The notes below the pieces were generated by a model. The model saw only the letters and a program-made list of their open reading frames with translations. It was not told the origin of the DNA and did no database searches. Positions 14,463 through 28,700 of a stretch of 64,000 nt of DNA are shown here, piece by piece. The DNA is from Daphnia carinata. Lineage: Eukaryota. The stretch lies in contig NC_081333.1 in assembly GCF_022539665.2 (NCBI RefSeq), positions 8,618,001 through 8,682,000 of the forward strand, written 5' to 3'. Each line of letters opens with the position of its first letter. Positions within the stretch are counted from its first letter, which is position 1. Both the position numbers and the translations under genes were made by a program.

Positions 14463-17400
14463 ATGGCTGCCTTGGGTGGAAGCTCGTTGTTGAGTGCTGC
14501 CGGTGTCGTTGGTGCTTCTGCCAGTTCTTCATCATCTTCGTCTGTGGCCGTGCATCCTTCGACGATTAGCGCATCAGTGTCTGCCGCCTTGTCGTCGTCA
14601 CCTGCTGCCGCCCCCCTCAGCCGAGCCCAAGTGGTCGCTTCGCCCATGCCCGATCTCTCCCACTTGACCGAGGACGAACGGAGGATTATCGAATCTGTTC
14701 TCATGCGACAACGTCGCGAAGAGGAACAAGAAACTGAAATTGTCAGGTAAATTTGTTTTTAAATGATCAATGCATTCACAAATGTCGCCAATGCTTATTT
14801 TATAGCTATATTTTTTTCATGTTGTGTTGGGAAAACAAATATTGGATTAGGAAATGCGTAGAAATGAACGTGTTTACATTTAGAAGTCTGTCTTTATCAA
14901 CGCAGGTATTGCGTATACAAGTGTGACGTTACTGATAAATTGGCTGTGTGGCACGGTAACTATCGACACCTATATGACATCACGTCATGTGAAACCCTGG
15001 ATGAGTTTTCTGGTACACCGGCCTCCAAGGTTAACGTAATGGCCTAGCAACCTGAAAAAAAAAGAATGATTCACATCGAACAGCAACAATGTGTGTTGAC
15101 GAAACAACCGATGTTGTTGCCTTGATGTTCATTACTGAACTGCTACTAAATTATGAGTTGGACATTTTTATGTTTCTTTTTTTTTTGCGTTTCTTTTTTG
15201 TTACTTGTTTTTTGAATACCAGTTGAAAAAGGATGGGAATTAGTTAATATGGGAACTAGCTTCCATTGCCCGTCTGTTAACGAGGAAAGCGGTACAGTTG
15301 CAAAGGGAAAATATGTGGCATCTTTCAACTGGCGGACGTTCCGTACAATCCGCCCTTCATTCCCTTTTTTCTTTTAAATTCGTGTATGTGTAGGAAGAGA
15401 GTACTGTGTGAAGAGCTGTGCACCAAAAACGAACATGGTGTCCCCCCCCCCTTCCCTTCTCCCCCGCACGGTGGATCAATAAGAAACCCCATGTCCGTTA
15501 CACAAGGCCGGGAAGCTTTTGGACTCCTCCCCTTTCTTCCTTCTTCTTCGTTTCTATGTGCCATACAGCACAGCGACGACTCCAAAGCCATCTCTTCCTA
15601 TAATCCCGGTGAAGACGACAAAAAGAAAGCCAATTTTTTTTTTCTTTTTATTTACATTATCATATTTTTTTTTGTGGAGGGGAGGTTGCACTGCCACACA
15701 GCTACCGACGACGCCTAGCCGGACTACTTTTTCATATCATCAGACGGTGGGCTTCGTCGTCGACTATATTCTCTCGCTAAGATAAATAAAGAAGTAAGGA
15801 ACGATAGAAAAATTGATAAAACAAAATTTCGCGGTCACTTTGAGGGAAATAATCAAAAATAAAATGAGGGAGTACTCGATTTGTTGAGAACGGCTAGTCG
15901 TTACAGCAATATTAAAGAAAAATAATATTTATGATATCCTGTGAGCTGGTCGTCAATGGTGTTTTTTTTATACAGCATCGAAGGATCGTACTAAAAGGCA
16001 TCTAGCGGCTGATAGAGGGAATACTCTGCGACTAGCAGGAGCGGTTGAACGTGTTGAACGCGCCCTGCGGTGCGCGTCGGATCGAGTGTGGGCGTTTATT
16101 GGAAACATACGAGAGAGAGAGAGAGAGAAAGAAAAGGAAAGAAGAAGAATATGAGCAAAAGCTTGTGGTTCGTTGCGTGGGTGTTTTTTTTTATCAAGTC
16201 GATTGACCTTTAGACATTTCCGTTTCTCCCCCTTACTCCTCCTCACGGCGCCACCCCGCAATTGCCACCCGAAGCTTGGGTCGTTTTCTTGTATTTCGTT
16301 CTATTCAATAACACACATAGACACACTGAGTGAGAGCTGTAACCGGAACGAGGCGGGAATGAATCTCCCCCTCCCCCAATTCTTCCGGTCGGATGATAGC
16401 GAAGAGAAGGGTATACAACTGGGATCCAAAAGAGATAACGTGTTGCACCAACGTTTTTGGATAGCAACTGGCCATCTTTCTTTTTTTTTTTTTTTAAATT
16501 AATAATCTGACCCTCTTTCGCAAACCATCTCACAAATTCGTGTGTTGCATTTGCCTCATGCAGAGCGACAATTGGGTGTGTGCACGCAACGATTTGAATT
16601 TTTATCATCATTCACGAGGTGCGCAAAAAAAAAAAAAACAAACTTGGGACCACGTTATTTAGCCCAGGGCCGAGGCTACTTATGGCACACACAAACAAAA
16701 AAGAATTGCTCCGATTTTTCGTTTTCAGCTGTCTGTTTTGATGTTTGCCACTGGACTTTGTGTGCGTTTCCATATCTAGTAGGAGAAAGACCCGAGGACC
16801 GAGAAAGGCAGTCATCCATCGATCCGTCACTATGAAGGGGATGGGATAGAGTCCGCAGGGGGAGTTTTCAGTGGGGGTTGACGGGTGGAAACATTACCAG
16901 AGCGGTCCCGTGTAACTCGTGAGTGTAACGAACCTAACGATGTTTCAGGTTGGGAGCTGCGCTAGATGGATCTAGCACCGCTAGCCCAAACTTCCTCTCT
17001 AATTCTCTCTATTTCTTCGTATGACAGCAGAAGGTTTTTGATGGTCTTCTTGGCCTCCCCCCGTACGTCCACCTAGTTTATTATTCCGGTAGTAAAGACA
17101 GTGTAACAATTGTGTCCATACATTATTCGAAAAGAATAACTAAGAAAGAAAAAGAAAACAAAAGAAGTCAGTATCCATTTTTTTTTGTTGTTGTTTGCCA
17201 ATCAATTTTTCAGACGACAAGCGGACGAAGTGCTCCTGCTGGAGACGGCCATACGACAGCGAAGTGAACAACAGCGGAAGGCCGGCGCCGAGTTGGACGC
17301 TACCTGCCAGCTCTGCCTCAAGACCAAGTTCGCCGACGGATTGGGACACGCCTGCCATTACTGCAACGTCCGTTGCTGCGCCCGCTGCGGAGGCAAAGTC

Positions 17401-19149
17401 GCTCTCCGATCCTCAAAGGTACAGTCTCAAAACGTGTTACGCTCTACGTTGTCTCTGTTTGTTTTTTTTTTACGGCAGGCAAGACGAGGCTTTATATTTT
17501 CTGTACCGTACTCTGCTTCATCTTTATTTGCTCATTTGCTTCACCTATGCATACAAATCTGGGTCGATTTTCTTCTTTTTCTCTCTCCTCGTTTCGTTTT
17601 TTGCTGCACACGTCAAAGGTTAGGTTCATTTCGCGTGTCACTTCCGTCACATCGTGTTGCACTTTTTTTTTTTTTTGGCTGCAGACGAGATATAAGAAAG
17701 AAAAATGGCCGACTTGGTTCTTCTTTTCTTTTTTGATTTCGTTATTCGTGACGCTCGATTTGTTTTTTTTGGGGGGGAGGGGGTAGTTTGTGTGTATTCT
17801 GAATGTTCTTTTTCATCTTCTTGGGTTTCTTGATTTTTAAGTGTGGGCCGCTAGCAGACGAAAATCGTTTTCTGTATCTCTTGTTCCTTTTCGACCATTG
17901 ACAGATTGCATTTGCATCTTTTTCTCTTCTTTGATATCGTCATTTTTGATTTGATTTTGATTCATAGACAAACGGATTGCATGTCCTCTTCTTCTGATCC
18001 TTCTGCTTCTTCTTTTCTTCCGTTTTCTTCTTCCCTTCGGTTCTCTGTTTTGGTCATTCCAAAGTGCTACGTGTGTCGAGCACTGCCTTCTTCTCAAAAG
18101 CGTGACGTCATTTCTCTTGTCACCAACAACCATTGTGACTATAGTAACCGTTAACCCTTTTAGTGTCATTAAGCAATATTTGACCCTCTTCTTCTTCTTC
18201 TTCTGTTTCACCTACGGCCTCCCCATCGCAATCAAACACTTGGAACACGTGACATTGGAAATCAAACCCGAAAACTGCAGGTGATATGGGTGTGCATCTT
18301 GTGCCGGAAGAAACAGGAGCTAGTGGTTAAAACGGGTAAATGGATACTACCTAGCGTGCCGGGATCGATGCAACAACAGCAACAACAACAACAACAACAA
18401 CAACAGTCTGGTTTCGGTAGTGTTGGCGGTGGTGTGTCGATCAACGACAAACGGCCACGACTCGAGAGGGCCGTCAGTTACGACAGGGAAAGTAGTAACG
18501 TTGGTGTCAGTGCTGGATTTGGACACCATCACAGGACTTCTTCCACTTCGTCTGTCGATCCATCTCCCGTTCTGCGAAGTGGTTCCAGTCTGGCTGGAGG
18601 GCAACCATCCAGTGCCCTGTACCAGAATCCACAGCAACAACAACAACAGCTGCAAACGCAACGAGGCCAACTTCAACGTTCCGGTAGTTTACAGAGTCAT
18701 GGAACGAGTTCTTGGAGGAACAACGTTCCCCCTCACCAATTACCCTCCGATCTTATGGACAATTCTCCCGCTAGAGGTAAAAAGAAAAATATTTTTGCAC
18801 GTTCCCATCTTCCTTTTTTTTTTTGTTCTCTTTAACTTCTTTGCTCGATGGTTCCCCACTTTTTTTTTTTTTAGTTTCGTCATCGTTTCTCTAGTGGACG
18901 ATGTGTTTAATTGATGATATCAGCACACAGCTAGGGAACAGCTGATGGGGGAGGGGACGCTTTTTAGTATTCTATAGTATATAATACGGCCATTGTAATC
19001 TAGTAAGGCATCAGCGTCAGTAGCAATAGCTGGTAGTAGTCGTAGTAGTAGTAGTAGTTCAGCTCCATAAAAGAGGTCGGTGAGGGCCAACGTTCTATAG
19101 CGCGATTTTGTTGGCAACAATTTCAATAAAAAAAAAAAAAAAAACCTTT

Positions 19150-19186
<37 letters not shown>

Positions 19187-22100
19187 CATCGATCCATTTC
19201 TTCTCGTGGTCCTCTTATATTATTTGTACCCTCAGCAGTCTTCCCTCCTCTGTCCTTGTCTCACAATCTCTTTCCTCCAAGAGTCCGATTGGATTAAAAA
19301 CAGTCTCTTTATATGATGATGGTTAATACACTTTGTCGTCGTCGTCTTTGTAGTAGTCAAGAGGGCCCCGTAGACATGAACTAAGAGAGTGAGGTTGAAA
19401 ACAAAAGAGAAAAAAAAAAAAAAAAAAAAAAAATGGGGCCACGATCGTTCAGGTTTTGTCACCGGCAAAACCGAATGACGCGAGTGGTTTTTCTTTTCTT
19501 CTTCTACGTCGGTCGAGGAGTAATAACCCGGCAGTTTGCCCGATGTATAAATCAACCTCTACGCAGAGAGAGAGGTGGGTTACGTTAAGGGTTTTTTCCA
19601 TGGCTGGCAATGGGGTGGAGCGTTGAGCTGAACGGCTTTTATGTATTGATCCCGTATAATATGCGTCTCTCTAAAGCAAAAAACAGCGAACCAAAGGCAA
19701 ACCCGAGAGAGAAGGAAACCAACGTAAAGGTGTATGTACCTGTACAAAACTAGGCTCTTGGTTTAAAAAAAAAAAAAAAAAAAAGAAATCCTTCTTTTTT
19801 TTCATTTAAAAATCTATAGATAAATCGGTCTCTTACGTGTATGCTATTGGGTCTTCCCATATCGTCTAGTTATCTTTATCCTAGCCGGGAAAGAATTCAA
19901 TTAAACGAAAACATTTTCCTTTTTTTCTCCGTCAAACAAGCGAAGACAGCAGACGAGAGGGATGCAAAATCGGATGTGTCAAGATGAGTAACGTTGATCC
20001 GCATAGGCGACTGAATTTTTCCCAACGTGTTTGATACGTATCTTTCGTCAACCCCCCCCCCCCCCCCTCTTTTTTTTTTTTATTTCCTCCTCATGTCGGA
20101 AACAAAAGAAAAAAAAACAACAAACAAGCGGAACAAAAAAGAAACTTTTGTATAAGAAAAGCGATGGAATAAGCAAAGAAGGCGATTGGCCCAAGACGAC
20201 GCTGTCGTTCAGCCTTGAAACCAACCGACACACACACACACACGACGATATTGATTGGCGTATCGATCAGCTTTGCCTCTGGGCTGCCGGGACTGTGTGT
20301 GTGTGTGTATTTTCGCGTTACTAGGCAGCTAGAACAGCACGAACCTCCCGCCCACCTCTTTTTTTCTCCCCTCTCCCTGTCTTTTTTTTTTTTTTTTTTT
20401 TACCTTTTTCTTCTGTTGGGTCGTTGTCCAACTCTTCGTCCGGTCGAGTAGCGAGGAGGCCATTCTTTTGAGGCCTCCTATATCCACTTATTGTATGTAA
20501 CGTATATATATATATAAATACGGTGATTGAGAGCGAGTGCTATCCTCTTTTCAGCCATCGTTCGACAAAGGAAAAAGATCGTTCGTGTTGAAGCAAGAGG
20601 CCAAAAAGCGGAGTCAGATAATGGAGCAGAAGAAACAAGTTGCGCCAACAGAGTTGCATCATTTTATATATATATATATATATATAAAGAGAGAGAGAGA
20701 GAGAGAGGCCCACACGGTTGTACTGCAGTCGTCTCTTTTCTTTTCTCTCTTGTGTCTTCTCTCTCTTTTTTTTTTTTTTTTTTTTTTTTTGCAAAGTCTT
20801 TTCTTTCTCAACCTGCGAGAAAGGACTGACGGGGGAGGGCGAAGGTGATTGTGTGTTCTGATCTCTTTATTTGCTCACTCTCTTTCGTCTCCAATAGCAG
20901 CAGCGATAGTTCTCCTTTCATCATCTTCAATTCTCCGTTTCTTTATACGGGATCTTAAGAAAGATGGCAAGGAAAGTATAGCGCTCTAAGTTGTAACGTG
21001 GTATCCTAGTGAACCAGACTGCGGCAAGTCCAGGCCTTGCTCGCTTTGCCCTACCGCACTCAATGGGCTGGAAAGCCTTTTCATCATCCGAGACCGCTGC
21101 GAATAATGATTCCAGCCTCGGCTCTGTGCATAAGGAACATGTTCTTATATACCATCCGTTTTTAGTTCCATTGTAGCTAAACCGTTCGGGGAAGGGATGT
21201 AGGGCACCGATCAAACGTGATTTTCACCTCATACATCGATGACTGATGATAATTTTCTTCTCCCCCTTTTTTTTTTTTTCAAAAATTGAATTTGTTTTGT
21301 TCCCTTTTTTTCGTGCGTGTTGAAGGAGGCGGTGGACCGGTAGGCAGCGGAGGCGTAGCGGAGTACGGAAATTTGCCACAGCAGCAGCAGCAACTGATTT
21401 ATCCTTCTTCCGGAAGAGGTAGCAGCGTCCCTCTGACGGCCGGTATGGGCAGTAGTTCTGGCCAGCAACAGCAGCAGTTCCGACGCGGAGCCAGTAGTAG
21501 CTCGTGGTCGGACTACCATGGTGACAATTTTGACAAACCCAATCCGCAACAGCAACAGCAGTTTGTTCAGCAACAACAATTGAATTCAGTTCATCCGCGC
21601 TCCAATCAGTCATTAGTGAAAGTGCGCAGCAGTAGCTACGATCACGGTGACTACTACCAGGACGATTACGGTCGTGGCCAACGCAGCGACGCTGGCCAAC
21701 GGCTAGGCGGAGGTGTTTCATCCGTCGAACGGAGCCTTCCGGTTCGTCCGCAACAGCAGCAACACTTGCGCCAGCAGCGACATCCGACCCATCAGCATCA
21801 CAGCCACCACCATCATCATCACCACCGACAGCATCAATCGTCTTCCGAAGAGGAGCTTCGCTCCACGTCCGAGTGCACCAGCTGCGAGGATGTCGAAGTC
21901 GAGAGCGAATCCGTCAGCGAAAAAGGTAAGTCAACAGTTTTTTCGTTATGATCGTTCAAAATATCGTGAAGAATAAGGAATTTTTTTAGATTTTATGCTC
22001 GGAGTGATTTGCATATGCAAGAGGCCAAATATTAATCAAACATGTTTAGGAAATCCGTTTTTTTTTTTAAGGTGTCAGAAGGGAAGTCAGATTTGAATTT

Positions 22101-22543
22101 TGTGTCCGGTATTTGTTTGCAAGTGAGTTGTGATGTGCAAGTTAAGGAAATAAGTTGAACTCGAAAAAGGGATCGAGAAGACGAATACGGAAAAAAAGAA
22201 ATCTATTCAAAAAATATTCCCAACGTGTGTGTCCCCCGTATCCAACCGATTGACTAGGTGAATTGGACACGGTCAACAGTGATCGTTCGTGGCCAGCCAA
22301 TCAGCTGGCCGGCGGTCGCCACCACGGCGGCAAATTCAAACAAGCGGTGAGCCATTAAAATTACCCACCACCATAAATCGTCATCGTGTATTTTGTCCAT
22401 TGCGTCTCTTTTCTTTAGTTTTTTATTTTTCTTTATTTATTATTCATTTTCATTTTCAATTTATTTTATTTTATTTTTTTTTAAGCGCCTTTTTTCTTTG
22501 GGTTTACGGTTTTTCAATTCATTTTCGTTTTCCGTAAAAGACC

Positions 22544-22575
<32 letters not shown>

Positions 22576-23099
22576 GTTATCCATCAACATTTTCTATCCT
22601 TATTCGCAAAACCTGATAAACCGTCCACAAATCATCGCCACCCAAGAAATGTGAAAGCCACACCCGGGTGATCTCAATTGCAATCATCATCATCATCCCC
22701 CCTCCCCCCCCCCACAAAAAAAAAGATAATTATCACAATAATCACACAACGCAGAACACATTTAGAAATGACTTCCCCCCACTCTTTTTTTTTCCTCACA
22801 TTTTTTATTTTTATTTACTCGCATTCTTTTTTTTTTGTACATTTTTTTTTATTTCTTCTCCATTTTTGCTCGTTGTCTATGTATTATACGTTGTGTGTGT
22901 GTGTGTTTTCTCTCTCTGTCTCTCTCGCTCTTTCTCTTTTAATACTCTACTACTACTACTATTGCGCGCGCGCTGGGGGCTGGCACACAACATCTATACA
23001 TCGCTGTGTTTTTGGCTGACTGCCTTTTTGTGTGTGTGTGCGTGTGTGTCGCTATATCATATTATCTTTTTCCCTTTTTTCTCTCTCTCTCTCTCATTC

Positions 23100-23156
<57 letters not shown>

Positions 23157-25684
23157 ATTTTGTCTTGGATTTCGTCATCTACACGGAACGGAGTTGCCCC
23201 AATCGCATAGAACAACAACAACACTTTCTCCCCGTCTTTCGCTAGGGGGGGAAAGAGGAGGTTGTTGTCATGCCATTCTTTTTTATTCGGTCCCCCCTCC
23301 CCCCTTTTTTTTCACAACTTGTCCCCAATCTTTCACGCGAGATCCGTGAGCCACACATTCGGTGGGAGCAATCGCTTGAAGGGGCAGCAAAAAAACTCGT
23401 GCAATAGATCGATATATAGATGGAGCTACTATAGGGCCTCTCCTCAAAGGAGGACGAAAAGGGGGACGGTAGGAGGAAGAAGAAGACGAAGAAGAAGAAG
23501 AAGAAGAAGAAGAAAGAAAGTAGGAGGAGGGTTTTTTCTTAGATGACAGCCCAGCTAGCGACTCTTTGATGACAGCCTGCGAGTCATAGTCAGTAGTAGA
23601 GTGACTGTGGAGGAACGTGGCCGAAAGTATACGCGGATGAGGGCGTCATGGTGCTGTGCGTGTTGTTAGGATCCTGCCTCATCAGCAGGAGCCGCTCAAT
23701 TGTTTGGCCGTCCACTGAAAAAGATCTTCCATTGGTGTAGCGAATTTTCATTCTGTTATTTTTCTCGTTTCATTTGCTTTAATTTGGCCTTCCACATTTT
23801 CGAAAAGTGTCGAAAGGGCGCGTGATTGTGGCACCACGAATGGGTCATTCGAAACAATCGGTGTGGTGCTGCCATGTGTGTCCGTTTGGAGAGAGAAAAT
23901 GGCATCGAATTATCATGTTTCTGCGTATAAATAATAGTTATTGTTAAAAAATATTAGCCGTGTACATAGTGTTATCGAAATACGAACCCGAAAAACCCAT
24001 ACGGTAGGCCTTACGTGTTACACTTAGAGAGGTCCCTGAGACCGCGGCCGTACGACACCGTCGCAACGATGATCAGCCGGAGTAGCAGCACGAGCGCAGC
24101 GCCGGACGCAGACGAAAGAGGATACATGAGAAATAGTGGAAGGGACCAATACAGCATGTACCGAGGCGGAGGAGGAGGAGGAAGTGTTGGCAGACTAGGA
24201 GTAGGCGGAGGAGGAACAAGGGCGGCCGAAGTGGCGGCGGCAGCGGCGGATTGTTCGGCTCAGCGGAGGAATTTCTTCCAGCAACGGGGACAAGAGAGAC
24301 GCCTACCGGACGCCCCTTCCGACGGCGTTATCCGGAGTGCCTCGTTACAACATCACCCGTCGATGTCGTCATCGTCTTCGATGATGGCCGTGTCGGCCGC
24401 TGGAACGGCCACATTGTCATCGTCGACATCGGCCATTGGGACCAACCACATCCACAGCCAGCGCCAGTACCACAGTTTGAACCGGAGTATGAGTAGCAGT
24501 AGTGGCGGTTGCCTGGCCACCTTGCCGACCTCCTCTTCCAAATCGAACTTGGCCGCCAGCAACAACAACAACAACACGATCCGCCAACTGAAGAAAACTG
24601 TGCGTTTTGATGCTGACGATGAGCCAGCCGCTGCCACCACCCCTGCTGCGACTGCAAGTAGCAGTGCAGCTCTTCCGTCCAGGACGCTCAAGGCCAACGG
24701 CCTGATGAGATCCGAATCGTCGCTGCTGGCCAGCACGGCCGACGCCAGCTGGAAAGGCGACAACAAAACGTGGGATTGGCTCATGAAAGGTCACAACACG
24801 AACAGCGCTGACCATCGGCATCGGCATCACCATCAAGACTCTAGAGAATCCGCTGGTCGCGATTCTGGCGTCGAGACGCTAACGTCGGGCGAAGATGTCG
24901 TCGTCGTTTCTCCCCGCACCAGCAGCACCAAATATCCGACGTATGACCAACACAGACCCAAGGTAAAAATACAACTGCCACAGCTCCAATAAAAAAACAA
25001 AAACAAAACAAACAAACAAACAAACATCGATTCTCTCCACCCAGCCGAGTGGAACGCCCAATCGAATAGGGATTCTTCCCTTCGTGTATGTAATCTGGGT
25101 CCACCTCCCCCCCCCCCCCCCCCAAAAAAAAAAAAAAAAAAAGAATCAAATCTATCCTCGCTATCTATCCCGACACACGCACTATATAATCCTTGCAGTC
25201 TCCGGAAGTTGATGTTGTTAACGAGCGCGTATAATCGATTGCGTCCAGGGGAAAAAAAAATGGCAAACAAAAAAAACTGAAATGTCCGTGCTGACCACGC
25301 AGCCATTGCAGAGCCTTTACGCTAATTACATGCCTGCGTAATAAGAAGCAAGACTCTATTGCGTCAGTCTTTTGACCCTCCTTCGCTTGACTAGTAAATA
25401 ACTGCGCTACTCGAGCGCAGTCGCTGCTGCCCATATTAAAAGCCTTATCACCAACAATTTCTGTTGTTGTGTGTGTGTGTGTGTGTTAGCTTATGTTTAA
25501 TGCAGTAGTGGTTGTTCCTAGCAGTAGTAGTAGTAGTACTAGTAGTAGTAGTCGTGGTAGTAGTATTTGACCGGCCACTTCACAGTCACCGAAAGTGCTG
25601 TTGGAATGTGACTAGCTTCCAACTTTTTTTTCACACATGATAATATTAAAGAGTTCTGAAAAGAGATAAGAATAGGATTCATGA

Positions 25685-25730
<46 letters not shown>

Positions 25731-28700
25731 TTTCTTTTTGTTTTGCGCGCGATCCAGATTTCCGTCCATCCGTCTTGGTGATGGATGACGTAAATCGCCT
25801 ATCTTCACTCTCTTGTGTTCATGTGGCTGTACGAACATTGTCGCCACACTTAAAAACAACTTAGCCACCCTCCCCCCTTTTTTTTTTTCCTCAATGAGGT
25901 CATCGAATGAGATTTTCTTTTTTCTTTTATTGGGAAACTGTTTAGTAATAGAACAGTCGCCGTACTATTATCCCGCATTGCCGATAACGGGATTAGGCAT
26001 CTATATACAAGATTTATTTTATTTTTTTTTTGCGCCACTATAACTTGCTGCCTTACGTGTCTAGCCAGCACTAAATGATACAAAACGAGAATAGGAGATG
26101 TCTGGATATCCTATTTTCATTTGAAGCCCATCGTGAGCTATGTCCTGTAGATTAGAATGGAGCCGGCCAAAAAAAAAGAAAGGGTGGGTGTGTCCGACGA
26201 TTTGTTTCAACATTTCTTTTCTTCTTTTTTTTTCGATTGGGGAGGAGCACTAACTAATACTTTGGAGACGATAGTGGGAGGTGGGTTGAAAGATTCTTAC
26301 AGCTGACGGATGATGAGTTCCGCTACTTTCTTTGTTCGTAGGTGCTGCGTGATGGAACGGAGAAGACTAAAAAGGGAGTTGAGGGGGGAAGGGAGAGGGG
26401 GTTAGGGGTGTGGTGCGGACCGAGAGACCCTACTTTACAGGAATAAAGAGATCGCAACGGTTGCCTCGCCGTGAATGGCCACAGTCTCTCTCTCTCTCTT
26501 AGGCATCTTGACTGTGTCCTTAGACTCTTCCTTTTTCCCTTCTTCTCTTTCGTCTTGATCTTTTCTCCAACAGCTCGTCTTTTTCCGTGTAGCTTTTGAC
26601 TAGCAACGACGACAACGACATAAAAAAAAAAAAGGGAAAAAATATAAAATAAAATAAAAGTAGAAAGGATAGGGAAAAAAAGAAAAAAAAAGGGAGAAAA
26701 AAGAGTTCGGTCGAATACATCGCGTGAGTCTTCGAGTCCGCGCGCGCGCTGACAACGCTCTATAGATTTAGCTCTCTCGAATCGACGAGCGTGAGTGTTC
26801 TGGAATGAGGGGAAGGGAAGGGGATAGATGGATGAATGGTGGAAGAAGAAGAGGAGGGAAGATGTTTGGCATTTGCATATCGAGACGATACATCTGTGCA
26901 AAAGAGTAGAAATTTAAAAAAGACTAGAAAGAGAAGACTAGCAGCACACCATCAAATCTCTTATCTCTTTTTACTCGCCCTTTCCCCTCCCCTCTCTCTT
27001 TTTTTTTCTTTTTCTTCTCTTATGATACCTACCATCAGTAGGTAGTCTTACCTCCCTCTGCCCTTATTCTATCTCCCGATCGTACCGGAAAAAAAAAACG
27101 AGGCAACCGACCGACGTCAAACACAACAAACAAAAACAAACAGATAGTAGATGAATACGTTTATCTATAGAGACAAAAAAAAAAAAAAAAAACGAAGGAA
27201 AGACGCATGGAAATCATCGGGCTCAAGTGAAGCAAGAAAAGGCATCAGCAACAATAACAACAACAAAAAAAAACAAACAGAGAAGAACAACAAAAAACAA
27301 CTTGGTCCGTCCGTTTCTTATTTCTTTATACAATACATAGACGCAGAGCCGAGCGAAACGAATGCTGATGGATGGTGTTTGGCCTACGAGTTGACTTGCA
27401 TGTCGATGTGTGTGTATGCATTGCTACATCTAGACAACGCTTGCACGTTATGCTATTCGGCTCTCTTCAGCTCTTTTTTTTTTCCTCCTTCTTTATTGTA
27501 TCGGCTCTTGGCCTTCCGCCGTACAGACATGGTTCCTGGCTCCTGGCCGCTCTACTTTATATGTATATATATATATATATAGATAGATTCTTCTTTTTTA
27601 CCCCCCTTTTTTTTTCTAGCGACTTGTCTTTCGATATCAATAGACATCAATTGATATGATATGCTTCGCTATATGATTATCATCTCCTTCCTATTCTCTT
27701 CTCGTCTATGTTGTCATTTTTTATTTTTTAGTTTTTTTTTTGTTGTTGCCCGCTTCCGATCCCTAGCTAGAACTTCCTCTTTGCACACAACACTTACACG
27801 TCTAGTTCGTATCGAAGAGTATCACCACACATTGACCCACAGACAAGTGTACATGGAAACCGTTGCCTAGGAGACTTAACCATTGTAGAAAGAAAAGAAG
27901 AAGAGCTTCTTCTCGACCAGTAGCTCTCCTTCATATTTTTTTTTTTTGTTGTTGTTGGCTTCATCATCATCCCTCTTTGTGCTTTTACCCTGGTTTTTCC
28001 CATCCAACGCTTTATTATATTGCTCTTGTTTTGTCCGCGCACACAAGAATGGTACTGGATGCACGTCCGATCCGTCTATACACTTATATCCGCATCCCGA
28101 AACCTCATCCGATCAAAAAAAAAAACAAAACAAAACAAAACAAATGCAGAACACACGGGGAAATAAAAAAGAAAGAATGTGGAGAAAATAAAAGAAGAAG
28201 AAGAAGAACTCGGTTGCCGTTCAAAAAAAAAAAACAGTAGACGATGTTTATTAGTATAAAAGCTATGATATAAATTTGAAAATTTCAGCGCTTGCATTTC
28301 TCGTTTGAACCCAGTCAAAGAATTCATCCAACTTTGGAGGATTCACAGTTTTGCTCGCTCTTGTGGAATTTCTATTGTTGTTGTTGTTGTTGTTGAAAAG
28401 ATTTCTGCGAAACGATTCGCATTTTAAACATTTTTTTTTTTTCCGCTACATTTTTCAGTATTTCAAAGTCATTATAATTTTTTTCTTGTTGTCAATCGTC
28501 TCCGGACGACCATGCAGTTCGAACAACAACAACAAAAGCAAAGTCTACGTTCAATTGATGGGCCGGAGATTAGATTTGGGCTGTCTGCTGTGTTGTGTTA
28601 GTGTACAGCTGATGTAACACGAAGTGATCCAGTGGCACATGGATACTTGGTGGAATAACTGTGTCTGCCATTTCGGAGATGTAGACGAGCAATCTTCTTC

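Noticed and set aside
19004..19080. Ser-rich exon-like stretch ending at a gtgagg donor in a RIM intron
   Set aside because: Stop codons in all three frames.
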